A stretch of DNA of 42,837 bases, taken from a virus. Location: the IMG/VR virus record IMGVR_UViG_3300045988_062157, positions 1 to 42,837 of that record, one strand, 5' to 3'. Positions 25,902-34,577 of the stretch are shown here, in pieces. The first letter of the stretch is position 1; each line of letters starts with the position of its first letter. Under the pieces are notes generated by a model that had not been told where the DNA came from, did no database searches, and was given only the letters and a program-made list of their open reading frames with translations. A program made the translations under genes and the position numbers.

Positions 25902-28040
25902 ATGGGAACAAACAAAATCATTTACCTGGACAAAGAATTTTCGGCGACAGACGTTACATCGGGGAACTTGTATCAAGCGCGTTCCCCGATTGCTGCGTCG
26001 CAGGAAATTGATACTTTTAGTTTCGATGTAGACAGTGAAGACACCACATTAACCGAATTTATCCGCAACACACCATTGACGTATTTCCATAATGATGAAC
26101 AAATGGGAATCTACTATGTGCAGAAGGTCAGTCGAACGGCTATCAACACCTATCATTTCGCCTGCACTTCGACCGTCGGTCTGCTTGACGAGACCTACCA
26201 TGACGGCGGCATTTACACAGGTGAAACCGTAAAAGAGGTTTGCGAGGACATTTGCAGTCCGCTGACGGTTTACGTCAAAACGAACTTGCAGAACATCAAG
26301 CTCTACGGTTGGCTTCCTATCGCAACACGGCGCGAAAACCTCACGCAGGTGCTTTTTGCGATTGGTGCAACGTTCAAGGTTGACTTTGACGGTGCAATTC
26401 GCATTGAAGGTCTGTGGAGCGGCGAGGCAAGCGCAATCGACGCAGGCGAAATCTACGCAAGCGGTACGGTTGATTACGCAACTCCTGTTACCGAGGTAAT
26501 CGTAACCGAACACGCCTATTCGCAGAGCGCAACGGAAACGACAGAGCTTTTCAAGGGAACAACGTCGGCAGGCGACAAAATCACCTTCGACGAACCGTGC
26601 TATGACCTCGCGGCATCTGGCTTTTCCATTCTTGCAAGCGGCGCAAACTGGGCAACGGTTTCGGCAGGTTCGGGCGTGCTGACGGGCAAGAAGTATACGC
26701 ACGTCACCCGACAGGTAATGCAGCAGATTAAACCGAAAACACGCGAACTCGTTACGCAGTCCGACAATACGGTTAAGGTAGAGAACGCAACGCTCGTATC
26801 TCTCGTAAATGCAACGGCAGTCGCAGAACGCCTTGCCGAGTATTACAGCCACAACGAACGTATCAATTACAAAATCGCAACCAAACGCGAAATTCCCGGC
26901 GATGTAGTGAAAATTGCGCATCCTTACGGCGGTACAGTCTCCGGCTGCATTGAAAGCGCGGATATTACGGTATCCGGCAAACTTGCGGCAGAGGAAAGCG
27001 TACTGATTGATTATTTCCCGCCGGACATTGGCGAGCAGGAATATTACGATACGGTCGAAGTTCTGACCAAAGACGGAACATGGACTGTGCCGGAGAATGT
27101 GACCTCGGTGCGAATTGTGCTGATTGGGGGAGGGTCTGGCGGTTCAAGTGGATGCGAGGGCGAAGATGGCAAGAGCGTGTACAGCGGCGGCGCAGGCGGC
27201 AAAGGCGGCATAGCGGGCGTAGGTGGCGCGGGCGGAAAGGTTTACAGCGTTGAAATGGATGTTACGCCCGGAACGAATTACGCAGTGCAAATTGGTGCAG
27301 GCGGCAAAGGTGGCGTATATTCCGCAGACGGCAGCGTAGCCGGTACGTCTGGCGTGCAAACAAAGTTCGGCTCGCTATCCTCTGAAAACGGCTCATCTTC
27401 CGATATTGGTTTTGCAGACCCAGTCAATAACCAGTTTTACGCCCAAGCCGGAGACGATGGCATTAAGGGCGGAGATGGAGGCAACGGCGGCGAAGCAAAC
27501 TATACAAGCGATGATAGCAAGGTTCGCGCAGGCAAAGACGGAGGAAACGCCCTCGGCTACGCAGGCGGCAAGGGTGCAAGCGGTAGCGCGGCTAAATACG
27601 ACGGTCAGATTGGCGTTTCTGGCGGTGGCGGTGGCGGCGGCGCCGCTATGGGCAATGCGGGAGGAGATGGCAATACCGGACGCTTGGAATGGACGAATTT
27701 CTCCCTTCCCGAGCATACCGGTCAAGGATGGCTCGCAAAAGGCGGCGCAGGCGGCTCTGGCGGTAACGCAACTATCATTCCGAACACGCCTACCATGCTC
27801 GGCAGTGGCGGCGGTGGCGGTCACGGAGGCGGCGGCGGTGGAGGCGGCGGATTGACGCAAGCTGTGTCCACGTGGAGCCATTCCGGCGGCAGCGGTGGTT
27901 CCGGCTCTTCCGGCGGCGACGGTGCACCCGGCTGCGTGCTCATCTATTACCGTGTATACCGTGCAAGCTCTTCCGGACGGTTTGTCACTCGTGACGGCAA
28001 AGGCTTTAATGAGAAATTCACAAGAAAGGTTGTGGTTTAA
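25902..28040 (+). CDS. tail/baseplate protein with C-terminal glycine-rich domain
   Basis: 712 aa. The C-terminal roughly 300 aa are dominated by GG(A/S/N)GG runs (GGGSGGSSG, GGDGGNGG, GGGGGGG). Confidence 0.6.
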   Translation: MGTNKIIYLDKEFSATDVTSGNLYQARSPIAASQEIDTFSFDVDSEDTTLTEFIRNTPLTYFHNDEQMGIYYVQKVSRTAINTYHFACTSTVGLLDETYHDGGIYTGETVKEVCEDICSPLTVYVKTNLQNIKLYGWLPIATRRENLTQVLFAIGATFKVDFDGAIRIEGLWSGEASAIDAGEIYASGTVDYATPVTEVIVTEHAYSQSATETTELFKGTTSAGDKITFDEPCYDLAASGFSILASGANWATVSAGSGVLTGKKYTHVTRQVMQQIKPKTRELVTQSDNTVKVENATLVSLVNATAVAERLAEYYSHNERINYKIATKREIPGDVVKIAHPYGGTVSGCIESADITVSGKLAAEESVLIDYFPPDIGEQEYYDTVEVLTKDGTWTVPENVTSVRIVLIGGGSGGSSGCEGEDGKSVYSGGAGGKGGIAGVGGAGGKVYSVEMDVTPGTNYAVQIGAGGKGGVYSADGSVAGTSGVQTKFGSLSSENGSSSDIGFADPVNNQFYAQAGDDGIKGGDGGNGGEANYTSDDSKVRAGKDGGNALGYAGGKGASGSAAKYDGQIGVSGGGGGGGAAMGNAGGDGNTGRLEWTNFSLPEHTGQGWLAKGGAGGSGGNATIIPNTPTMLGSGGGGGHGGGGGGGGGLTQAVSTWSHSGGSGGSGSSGGDGAPGCVLIYYRVYRASSSGRFVTRDGKGFNEKFTRKVVV

Positions 28041-29065
28041 TGCCTGATACTTATATATCACAGTTTAGCGGCGAAGAAATTGACTCTGCGCTGAGAGCTG
28101 CACAGATTATCTCCGGTGCAGATACGCCTGCTGAACTGCGAGAAAAGCTCGAAATTCGAGGCGATACCATTCCGGTTAGCGCGACAGACCCCACACCTGT
28201 TTCCGAAGCACTGACAGCATCCGGTGGCGGCGTCAACCCCAATTTGTTGGATAACTGGTACTTCGGTAACCCGGTGAACCAGAGGGGGAAGACGGAGTAT
28301 TCGGTTAACGGATATACGATTGATAGGTGGAAATTTAATAATAACAGCGGCGATATAGTTATAGATGATACCGGAATTATGTTTATCGGAAAACAAAACT
28401 ATGCCGAGTTTGAACAACGATATGAATTTCCTAAAGATATCAGTGGAAAGCAAATTACGATAAGTATCCTTGCCGACAGTTTTAGTGGCGAAGGAGATTT
28501 TTCTCTTGTTATTCAAAATCAAACAAATTATCGAACTTTTCTTCTTTCTGCTGGCTTAAATTCATTCACATTAAATTTTTTTGATGAGTCGTCTGTGTTT
28601 CGTTATTTTATCCAAAGTCAAAACGTCAACGAAACAAATCCCCCAAAAATGCACCTCCTCGCCGCCAAGCTCGAACTCGGCTCCACCCAGACCCTTGCAC
28701 ACAAAGAGGGTGACAAGTGGGTGCTGAATGAAATCCCTGATTTCGGGGAGCAGCTGAGGAGATGTCAAATGTATTATCTCGGCGATACTCAGAGGGACGG
28801 ATATGGAAAATCTACAAGTAACAACGAAATATACGTTGTTGTTCCGTTGCCTGCAACGATGCGTGCTAAACCTGTAATCGCATCATCTTCAAAATGGGGA
28901 AACCTTATTTCTGGCGATGGAGAAATAACTGGCATTTCTTCGATTGAGGTTGCTGCGTTAATGGACAATTTAGTGATTCTGAGGGTTGTAACCAACTCAA
29001 CTATTAGCACAAACAAGGCGTTTATAATGACTGATACCCGATTCGCCCTTTCCGCCGACCTATAA
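28040..29065 (+). CDS. tail fibre/receptor-binding protein (mosaic composition)
   Basis: LLDNWYFGNPVNQRG and LAAKLELGSTQTLAHKEGDKWVLNEIPDFGEQLRRCQ motifs are common in Firmicutes prophage fibre proteins (from memory). AT-rich internal blocks. Confidence 0.55.
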   Translation: MPDTYISQFSGEEIDSALRAAQIISGADTPAELREKLEIRGDTIPVSATDPTPVSEALTASGGGVNPNLLDNWYFGNPVNQRGKTEYSVNGYTIDRWKFNNNSGDIVIDDTGIMFIGKQNYAEFEQRYEFPKDISGKQITISILADSFSGEGDFSLVIQNQTNYRTFLLSAGLNSFTLNFFDESSVFRYFIQSQNVNETNPPKMHLLAAKLELGSTQTLAHKEGDKWVLNEIPDFGEQLRRCQMYYLGDTQRDGYGKSTSNNEIYVVVPLPATMRAKPVIASSSKWGNLISGDGEITGISSIEVAALMDNLVILRVVTNSTISTNKAFIMTDTRFALSADL

Positions 29066-29079
29066 GGAGGTGACACACC

Positions 29080-29436
29080 ATGCAAACCCCAAAATCCCGT
29101 GTATACGTCCAGACAGACAGTGAAAGCCGTGTTTTGCGGCTCGAAGGAGAGTATTCCCTCCCGGCTGATCTTACCGGATGGACGAAAATTGATGAAGGCA
29201 GCGGCGATAGATTTTCGCTCGCGCAGAGTCATTATCTCGATAAGCCGCTCTACGACGGCGCGGTTCTGCGCTACAAACTCGTAGACGGCAAGGTGGTAGA
29301 GCGCACTGCCGAGGAAATCGAGGCGGACAAGGCGGCGTTACCTAAACCTGAGCCAACCGCAGAGGACGACACAAACGCTATGATGGTAGACCATGAATAC
29401 AGACTGACCCTGCTTGAACTGGGTCTCAACGAATGA
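29080..29436 (+). CDS. hypothetical tail-fibre-associated protein
   Basis: Track ORF. Position is equivalent to XkdW-like genes. Confidence 0.4.
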   Translation: MQTPKSRVYVQTDSESRVLRLEGEYSLPADLTGWTKIDEGSGDRFSLAQSHYLDKPLYDGAVLRYKLVDGKVVERTAEEIEADKAALPKPEPTAEDDTNAMMVDHEYRLTLLELGLNE

Positions 29437-29450
29437 AAGGAGCAAACACA

Positions 29451-29594
29451 ATGTTATTTCGTACTTTGAAGCGCATGATCGAGAAGAACCATACCGACGG
29501 CCTTGCAGACAAGATCGACATCTTTTTTGCAGCAGGCAAGCTCACCGAAAGCGAGTACAACACGCTGACCGAAATGCTCAAGCAGGAGGCGTAA
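29451..29594 (+). CDS. XkdX-like small protein (47 aa)
   Basis: Translation MLFRTLKRMIEKNHTDGLADKIDIFFAAGKLTESEYNTLTEML, RBS AAAGGAG. Confidence 0.5.
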   Translation: MLFRTLKRMIEKNHTDGLADKIDIFFAAGKLTESEYNTLTEMLKQEA

Positions 29595-29595
29595 C

Positions 29596-29769
29596 ATGAA
29601 GGGCGCAGAAAACACCGCTGCACCGAACATGATCGTCGATGAGTTTTTTCCGAAGCATATCAGACAGCGTGAAGACTTTGCAGAAATCCGCGAGGCGGTG
29701 CGCAAATACAGGATTACGGAGCTGTATCTCACGCAGAAGTACAACAGAAAGAGAGAAAAGCATGGATAA
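29596..29769 (+). CDS. hypothetical protein (57 aa)
   Basis: AGGAGG at 29584-29589. Overlaps the holin start. Confidence 0.4.
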   Translation: MKGAENTAAPNMIVDEFFPKHIRQREDFAEIREAVRKYRITELYLTQKYNRKREKHG

Positions 29770-30220
29770 TGTAAACAATTTTAAGGCGGCTGTTACCGCT
29801 TGCGTTGCCGTCCTTACCGCCCTGTGGGGGTGGTTCGGCTGGCTGGTGGTACTGTTTGTTGTCGCGATGGCGGCGGACTACCTGACGGGCACGGCGGCGG
29901 CAATGCAGGCGGGTGCATGGAACAAAAAGATTGCATGGAAGGGCATTACGCGCAAGGTTGCACAGATTGCTATTGTAGCGGTTGCAGGCGGTGCAGATTT
30001 GCTTGTCGGAATGATTATGGGGCATCTGCCCATGGTCACACTGCCGTTTGAATACACTGTGCTGTTCTGCCCCCTCGTTGTAGTCTGGTACACGCTGACG
30101 GAACTCGGCAGCATCGTTGAAAACGCGGTTTCCCTCGGTGCACCCGTCCCGGCGTGGCTGCAAAAGGCACTTTCCGCCGCAAAGGACGCAGTGGACAAAA
30201 TCGGAGATGAGGAAAAATGA
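29762..30220 (+). CDS. holin (multi-TM, phage_holin_4-like)
   Basis: 152 aa with three to four hydrophobic helices and a charged C-terminus. Directly upstream of the amidase. Confidence 0.7.
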   Translation: MDNVNNFKAAVTACVAVLTALWGWFGWLVVLFVVAMAADYLTGTAAAMQAGAWNKKIAWKGITRKVAQIAIVAVAGGADLLVGMIMGHLPMVTLPFEYTVLFCPLVVVWYTLTELGSIVENAVSLGAPVPAWLQKALSAAKDAVDKIGDEEK

Positions 30221-30945
30221 AAATCACTTTTAAGGGCTGTAACCCGAGTAACTATCGCAAGGGCAGAGAGTTCCCGATCAACTGGATTTGCCTGCACTTT
30301 ACCGCGAACAACGGCGATACCGCACAGAATAACGCGGATTATTTCGCACGCGAAGTAGTGAAAGCGTCGGCTCACTACTTTGTAGACCCGAACGAGATTT
30401 ACCAGAGCGTAAAGGACAGCGACACGGCATGGCATTGCGGCAGGGAACGCGGCGGCAGTTACTACAACGACTGCCGCAACGCGAATTCCATCGGCATTGA
30501 AATGTGCAGCGTTATCCGAAACGGCGTGTACGTTATCCCGGAGGAAACCATGAAGCGTGCCGCAAAGCTGACCCGTGAGCTGATGGCAAAGTACCATGTG
30601 CCGGTATCGCGTGTGTGCCGTCACTACGATGTGACGCACAAGAAATGCCCCGAACCGTGGGTGCGCAATCCGCAGTTGTGGCAGAAATTCAAAACCATGC
30701 TGACAGGGAAAGAGGTTGAAGATATGACAGAAGCACAGACGCGCAAAATCGCGCAGGAAGAAATTAAGAAGGCAAACGCAAAGGTTTATGACCGCGTGCA
30801 GGACTGCCCGGCGTGGGCGCAGAACACGGTGCAGCGGCTTGTGAACAAGGGCTTTTTGCAGGGTGACGAAAACGGCAAGCTGGGTCTTACTGAAGATCTG
30901 ATGCGCGTGCTCGTTATCAATGACAGAGCGCACCTGTACGGTTAA
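30217..30945 (+). CDS. N-acetylmuramoyl-L-alanine amidase endolysin (Amidase_2/PGRP) with C-terminal wall-binding-like module
   Basis: LHFTANNGD...SAHYFVD...AWHCG...IGIEMC...CRHYDVTHKKCPEPW. The C-terminus WAQNTVQRLVNKGFLQGDENGKLGL is SLH-like. Confidence 0.85.
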   Translation: MKITFKGCNPSNYRKGREFPINWICLHFTANNGDTAQNNADYFAREVVKASAHYFVDPNEIYQSVKDSDTAWHCGRERGGSYYNDCRNANSIGIEMCSVIRNGVYVIPEETMKRAAKLTRELMAKYHVPVSRVCRHYDVTHKKCPEPWVRNPQLWQKFKTMLTGKEVEDMTEAQTRKIAQEEIKKANAKVYDRVQDCPAWAQNTVQRLVNKGFLQGDENGKLGLTEDLMRVLVINDRAHLYG

Positions 30946-30983
30946 AAACAAGACGGTATAACATACCCAAGAGGGAGGATACC

Positions 30984-31244
30984 ATGAACGAGAAAAACGA
31001 AATTCTGGCAAGTGATGTACTGTCGCTGCTGAAAAGTCAGCTGAAATTTATGAAAGCGCTTGTACTGGTGCTTATTCTGCTGCTTGCTGCGACGAACATT
31101 TATCACGTATGGCAGTGGAGCCAGTTTGACACGGTAGTCGTGGAGAACGGGGATAACGGTGGTTATGCAAATTATGTCGCCGGAGATAACACGGGAGGTG
31201 TGTATAATGGCGAGCGTAGCGGTACGGAAGAAGAAAAACGGTAA
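30984..31244 (+). CDS. single-pass membrane protein
   Basis: Central helix ALVLVLILLLAATNIY, located after the endolysin. Confidence 0.5.
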   Translation: MNEKNEILASDVLSLLKSQLKFMKALVLVLILLLAATNIYHVWQWSQFDTVVVENGDNGGYANYVAGDNTGGVYNGERSGTEEEKR

Positions 31245-31283
31245 GACCAAGGGAGTTAAGATCAAGCGGAAGGGGTAAACCGC

Positions 31284-31487
31284 ATGAACCTCAAAAAAGA
31301 GTTCACCAAGCCGGAATGCGACTATTTCCGGCGCGAGTGCAATTTTACAGACGAGGAACGCGCTGTTTTTGACCTGCGGGTCGCGGCGCGTTCTGTCGTT
31401 GAAATCTCAATGAGCCTGCACCTGAGTGAAGCAACGGTTTACAGGCGACTCAAGAACATCAAGCGCAAAATCGTGAAAGTTTTATGA
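31284..31487 (+). CDS. 67-aa sigma-70 region-4-only / LuxR-like HTH regulator
   Basis: FTDEERAVFDLRVAARSVVEISMSLHLSEATVYRRLKNIKRKI. Confidence 0.6.
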   Translation: MNLKKEFTKPECDYFRRECNFTDEERAVFDLRVAARSVVEISMSLHLSEATVYRRLKNIKRKIVKVL

Positions 31488-31497
31488 CAGGTTTATA

Positions 31498-31533
31498 CCC
31501 TCTCTGCGACGTATAATATATGTACAGGGAGGG
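31498..31533 (+). promoter_or_regulatory. hairpin occluding the Shine-Dalgarno sequence of the 31541 gene
   Basis: ccctctctg (31498-31506) pairs with cagggaggg (31525-31533) over 9 bp including one G-U. The 3' arm contains the SD. The loop contains TATAAT. Confidence 0.4.
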
Positions 31534-31540
31534 ATAGACT

Positions 31541-31891
31541 ATGGCATATCAGCAGTTTTATCCACAGTATCAACAGCAATATCCACAACAAGTAGCGCAG
31601 CGGCCACAGTACCCACAACATATAGTGCGTCCCGTGGCGAGTATCGAGGAGGCGCGGGCGGTGCAGACGGATTTTTCCGGTGCGCTGACCATCATGCCGG
31701 ACTTATCGCACGGCTACATTTATACCAAGCAGCTTAATCTGCAAACCGGATGTGCGGATTTCTCGGCGTACAGCCGCGTACAGGACGCGCCGAAGGTGCA
31801 GACGGATTATGTAGCACGGGGCGAATTTGACGAGCTTGCGCGGCGATTTAACGCGCTTTGTGACCAGTTGGGAGGCGGCAAGAATGAATAA
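31541..31891 (+). CDS. cargo protein 1: Q/Y/P-rich N-terminus, unknown function
   Basis: Translation MAYQQFYPQYQQQYPQQVAQRPQYPQH... followed by a globular part of about 85 aa. Confidence 0.6.
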   Translation: MAYQQFYPQYQQQYPQQVAQRPQYPQHIVRPVASIEEARAVQTDFSGALTIMPDLSHGYIYTKQLNLQTGCADFSAYSRVQDAPKVQTDYVARGEFDELARRFNALCDQLGGGKNE

Positions 31892-32105
31892 TCAGATGAT
31901 GCAGATAATGAATCTGATGCGGAACGGCGGCAACCCGATGACGCTGCTGAACCAGATGACCGGCAACAATCCGATGGTTTCGAGCCTCATGCAGAGTATG
32001 CAGGGCAAGAGCCCGGAGGCGCTCAGACAGATGGCAATGAACATTGCGAAAGAGCGCGGCGTGGATTTGAACCAGTTTGCGCAGCAGTTCGGTATGAAGC
32101 TGTAA
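31884..32105 (+). CDS. cargo protein 2: M/N/Q-rich 73-aa protein
   Basis: GGAGG precedes ATG 31884. Translation MNNQMMQIMNLMRNGGNPMTLLNQMTGNNPMVSSLMQSMQGK.... Confidence 0.55.
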   Translation: MNNQMMQIMNLMRNGGNPMTLLNQMTGNNPMVSSLMQSMQGKSPEALRQMAMNIAKERGVDLNQFAQQFGMKL

Positions 32106-32279
32106 CAAGCGAATTTTTTTCAGTTGTTACCCTCAAACTACTCTCAACTGTAAAAAACACGCGATTTTTTATAGTTACCTTTTCAGTTACGGAGTCTTGA
32201 TGCAAAATCCGGCGTAATTTTGTTGCGTCCGGAATGCGTACGGTTCCGACGAATATAAACTGAAAAGGAGACTAACAAT

Positions 32280-33113
32280 ATGAGTGACGATTCGATGGCT
32301 CTGGGTTATGCACTGGGGCAGGACAACAACAACTCCGGCAACGGTATGTGGGGCGGCGATGGCTCCTGGATTTTCGCTTTTCTGATTATCGCGCTGATTT
32401 TCGGCGGCGGCAACGGCTGGGGCTTCGGCGGTAACAACGGCGCGGGCTATCAGGGCGCGGTAACGCGCAGTGACCTGTGCAGCGAGTTCAACTTCAACGA
32501 CCTGTCGCGCTCGGTTCTCGGCATTCAGAGCGGCCTGTGCGACGGCTTTTACGCCATGAACAACGGTATGCTTACCGGCTTCAACACGCTTGGCAGCGCG
32601 GTTTCTAACGGCTTCCACGGCGTAGACAACGCGATTTGCCAGCTCGGCTACCAGAACGCACAGCTCATCAACGGCGTAAACCAGAACATGAACACCGGCT
32701 TTAATGGCGTGACCGCCGGTCTGACGGCACTCGGCACGCAGATGTCCGGCTGCTGCTGCGACACCCAGAGACAGATGGAACGCGGTTTCTGCGACATCAA
32801 CTACAATGCCGCTACCAACGCACGCGACATTATCCAGACGGCGCACAACGACACCGACCGCATTATTGCGCGCCTTGACCAGATGGAGAACACCCGTCAG
32901 CAGGAGAAGATCGCGGCGCTTCAGGCCGAAAACCAGGGCCTGAAATTTGCCGCATCCCAGGCCGCACAGAACACTTACCTGGTGGCGTCCCAGGCGGACC
33001 AGACGGCGAAAATCATCAACGCTATCAACCCGCCCCCTATCCCGGCCTACCAGGTGCCTAACCCCTATACCGGGAACGCCGCCTGCGGCTGCAATAGCGG
33101 CTGCGGTCTGTGA
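32280..33113 (+). CDS. cargo protein 3: Gly/Asn/Cys-rich membrane-anchored protein with coiled coil
   Basis: GGDGSWIFAFLIIALIFGGGNGWGFGGNNG hydrophobic core, CCC triplet, coiled coil (IAALQAENQGL), C-terminus PYTGNAACGCNSGCGL. RBS AAAGGAG. Confidence 0.65.
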   Translation: MSDDSMALGYALGQDNNNSGNGMWGGDGSWIFAFLIIALIFGGGNGWGFGGNNGAGYQGAVTRSDLCSEFNFNDLSRSVLGIQSGLCDGFYAMNNGMLTGFNTLGSAVSNGFHGVDNAICQLGYQNAQLINGVNQNMNTGFNGVTAGLTALGTQMSGCCCDTQRQMERGFCDINYNAATNARDIIQTAHNDTDRIIARLDQMENTRQQEKIAALQAENQGLKFAASQAAQNTYLVASQADQTAKIINAINPPPIPAYQVPNPYTGNAACGCNSGCGL

Positions 33114-33157
33114 GATACGATATTCAGGCAATGAGCCTTTGAGGAGGGCAATAAACA

Positions 33158-33541
33158 ATGTGCAATACAGTACAGAAGCTGTGCCCCAATCTGCGTATCT
33201 CTCAGGCGGTGACTTACGCGAGCGGCGTACTGACAGTAAACATTCCGGCGGGCGACTACCGGAACGGCTGCGTGTACGGAATCGTCATCGCGCAGAACAT
33301 TCCGAGTGATACGATTATCGGCGCGCCGGTGGTCATCACCATCGGCAACGGCACGGTAAACTATCCGCTGCTGAAATGCAACGGCGCTCAGGCGACAGTG
33401 TTTAATCTGGATACCCGTCACAAGTACCTTTGCCGGGTGGTCACTTCGGCAACCGGCGGCAGCTTCCGAATGCTCGGAAATTCCTGCTGCTCGCACTCGG
33501 ACGCGCTGCGCTCGATTAACGGAACGGCGGTGACAGTATGA
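33158..33541 (+). CDS. cargo protein 4: beta-rich 127-aa protein with terminal cysteines
   Basis: Cys at residues 2, 9, 38, 74, 92, 110 and 111. Alternating hydrophobic beta-like segments. Confidence 0.6.
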   Translation: MCNTVQKLCPNLRISQAVTYASGVLTVNIPAGDYRNGCVYGIVIAQNIPSDTIIGAPVVITIGNGTVNYPLLKCNGAQATVFNLDTRHKYLCRVVTSATGGSFRMLGNSCCSHSDALRSINGTAVTV

Positions 33542-34239
33542 GAAGGGGAACAATGATGCTGCTGATGCAGCGAGGCCGCAAAGAGAACGCATCCCCGGAA
33601 GAGTGGAGAATTCGCAAGATGTATCCCGAAGATCGTCACCATTACGGCGTGCGGTATCATTACGGCAACATGGAGCCGTATGATTACTATGACGAGCGCA
33701 TTCACGGCGGCGAACCGGAAATGCGTAGTTACCGCCGCTATTCTGACGGACGCTTTGCGCCCAAGAACAGTGTCGCATGGCCGAGGTATGACGAGTACCC
33801 CGATTACGAGGATGAGATGCGCCCTATTGGCTTTCGCGATGATGACGCTTATATGGGTGATACCTCGTTCGTAGGGGACAAGACGCGCGGCTCTGAGCGC
33901 TCTATGGGGTATGCAGCAAGCGCCAACGCAGGCCGCATGACTAAGAGCATGGCAGAAGAGTGGCTGCACAGCATGCAGAACGCTGATGGCACGACCGGTC
34001 CGCATTGGACTTTCGAACAGTGCAAGCAGGTAATGCAGCAGCGCGGCCTTGACTGTGACCCAGTTGAATTCTGGGTTGCAATGAATGCCGAATACTCTGA
34101 TCGTTGCGCCGTAAACGAAAAGCACGGTATGCGCAGCATTGATTTTTATGCAGACTCAGCCTGCGCTTTTTGGCTGAACGATAAGGACGCAGTAAAGGAT
34201 AAGGAAGCGGCATATTACAAATATGTCGTGAAGCATTGA
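33538..34239 (+). CDS. cargo protein 5: Tyr/Arg/Asp/Glu/Pro-rich N-terminal half, conserved-looking C-terminal domain
   Basis: ATGA coupling to the upstream gene. YPEDRHHYGVRYHYGNMEPYDYYDE..., then AEEWLHSMQNADGTTGPHWTFEQCKQVM...NAEYSDRC. Confidence 0.6.
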   Translation: MRRGTMMLLMQRGRKENASPEEWRIRKMYPEDRHHYGVRYHYGNMEPYDYYDERIHGGEPEMRSYRRYSDGRFAPKNSVAWPRYDEYPDYEDEMRPIGFRDDDAYMGDTSFVGDKTRGSERSMGYAASANAGRMTKSMAEEWLHSMQNADGTTGPHWTFEQCKQVMQQRGLDCDPVEFWVAMNAEYSDRCAVNEKHGMRSIDFYADSACAFWLNDKDAVKDKEAAYYKYVVKH

Positions 34240-34244
34240 CGAAA

Positions 34245-34271
34245 AGAGGGGGCTTCTGCCCTCTCTTTTTT
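34245..34271 (+). terminator. intrinsic terminator ending the cargo operon
   Basis: agaggg / ccctct stem followed by a run of six T. Confidence 0.7.
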
Positions 34272-34282
34272 GCTTGTGTTGG

Positions 34283-34334
34283 GTGTGGGAGTGTGTTACA
34301 ATAAACAAAGCAGCGTGGGAGTGGATGTGGGAGT
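34283..34334 (+). repeat. three direct copies of (G/A)(T/C)GTGGGAGT: putative integrase arm-type sites (P arm)
   Basis: gtgtgggagt 34283-34292, gcgtgggagt 34313-34322, atgtgggagt 34325-34334. Confidence 0.55.
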
Positions 34335-34390
34335 CTCTAAAACACGATAGCGAAATCGTCAGATATAGCGTTATATTTTACGCTTAGTCC

Positions 34391-34440
34391 TCTGCCTTAC
34401 AAGCAGAGGGTCAGCGGTTCGAGCCCGTTAACTTCCACCA
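34391..34440 (+). other. 3' portion of a tRNA-Val(TAC)-like gene (anticodon arm to CCA) = putative attP core
   Basis: tctgc-cttacaa-gcaga anticodon arm, gggtc variable loop, agcgg-ttcgagc-ccgtt T arm, aacttcc-a-cca acceptor 3' strand. No matching 5' acceptor strand or D arm upstream. Confidence 0.6.
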
Positions 34441-34445
34441 AACGA

Positions 34446-34480
34446 AAAAGTTCCTAACAGTTGTGGTTTAGGAGCTTTTT
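34446..34480. terminator. bidirectional terminator-like hairpin after the tRNA fragment
   Basis: aaaagttcctaa / ttaggagctttt. Confidence 0.55.
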
Positions 34481-34503
34481 CTCTGTTTATTTGAACTTTT
34501 TAC

Positions 34504-34532
34504 AGCGTCGCAAGGGAAGCGGCGCTTTTTTT
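34504..34532 (+). terminator. intrinsic terminator
   Basis: agcgtcgc / gcggcgct stem followed by a run of seven T. Confidence 0.6.
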
Positions 34533-34577
34533 GTTTTTGTGTGAATGCGGTTTTTTGGGGGTTTTTACGGGTGCAGG

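Noticed and set aside
34361-34440. A complete phage-encoded tRNA
   Set aside because: Only the anticodon arm, variable loop, T arm and 3' acceptor strand are present. The upstream sequence has no GGAAGTT-type 5' acceptor strand. The only 4-bp stem (agcg/cgct) has a GG-less loop and the wrong spacing for a D arm.
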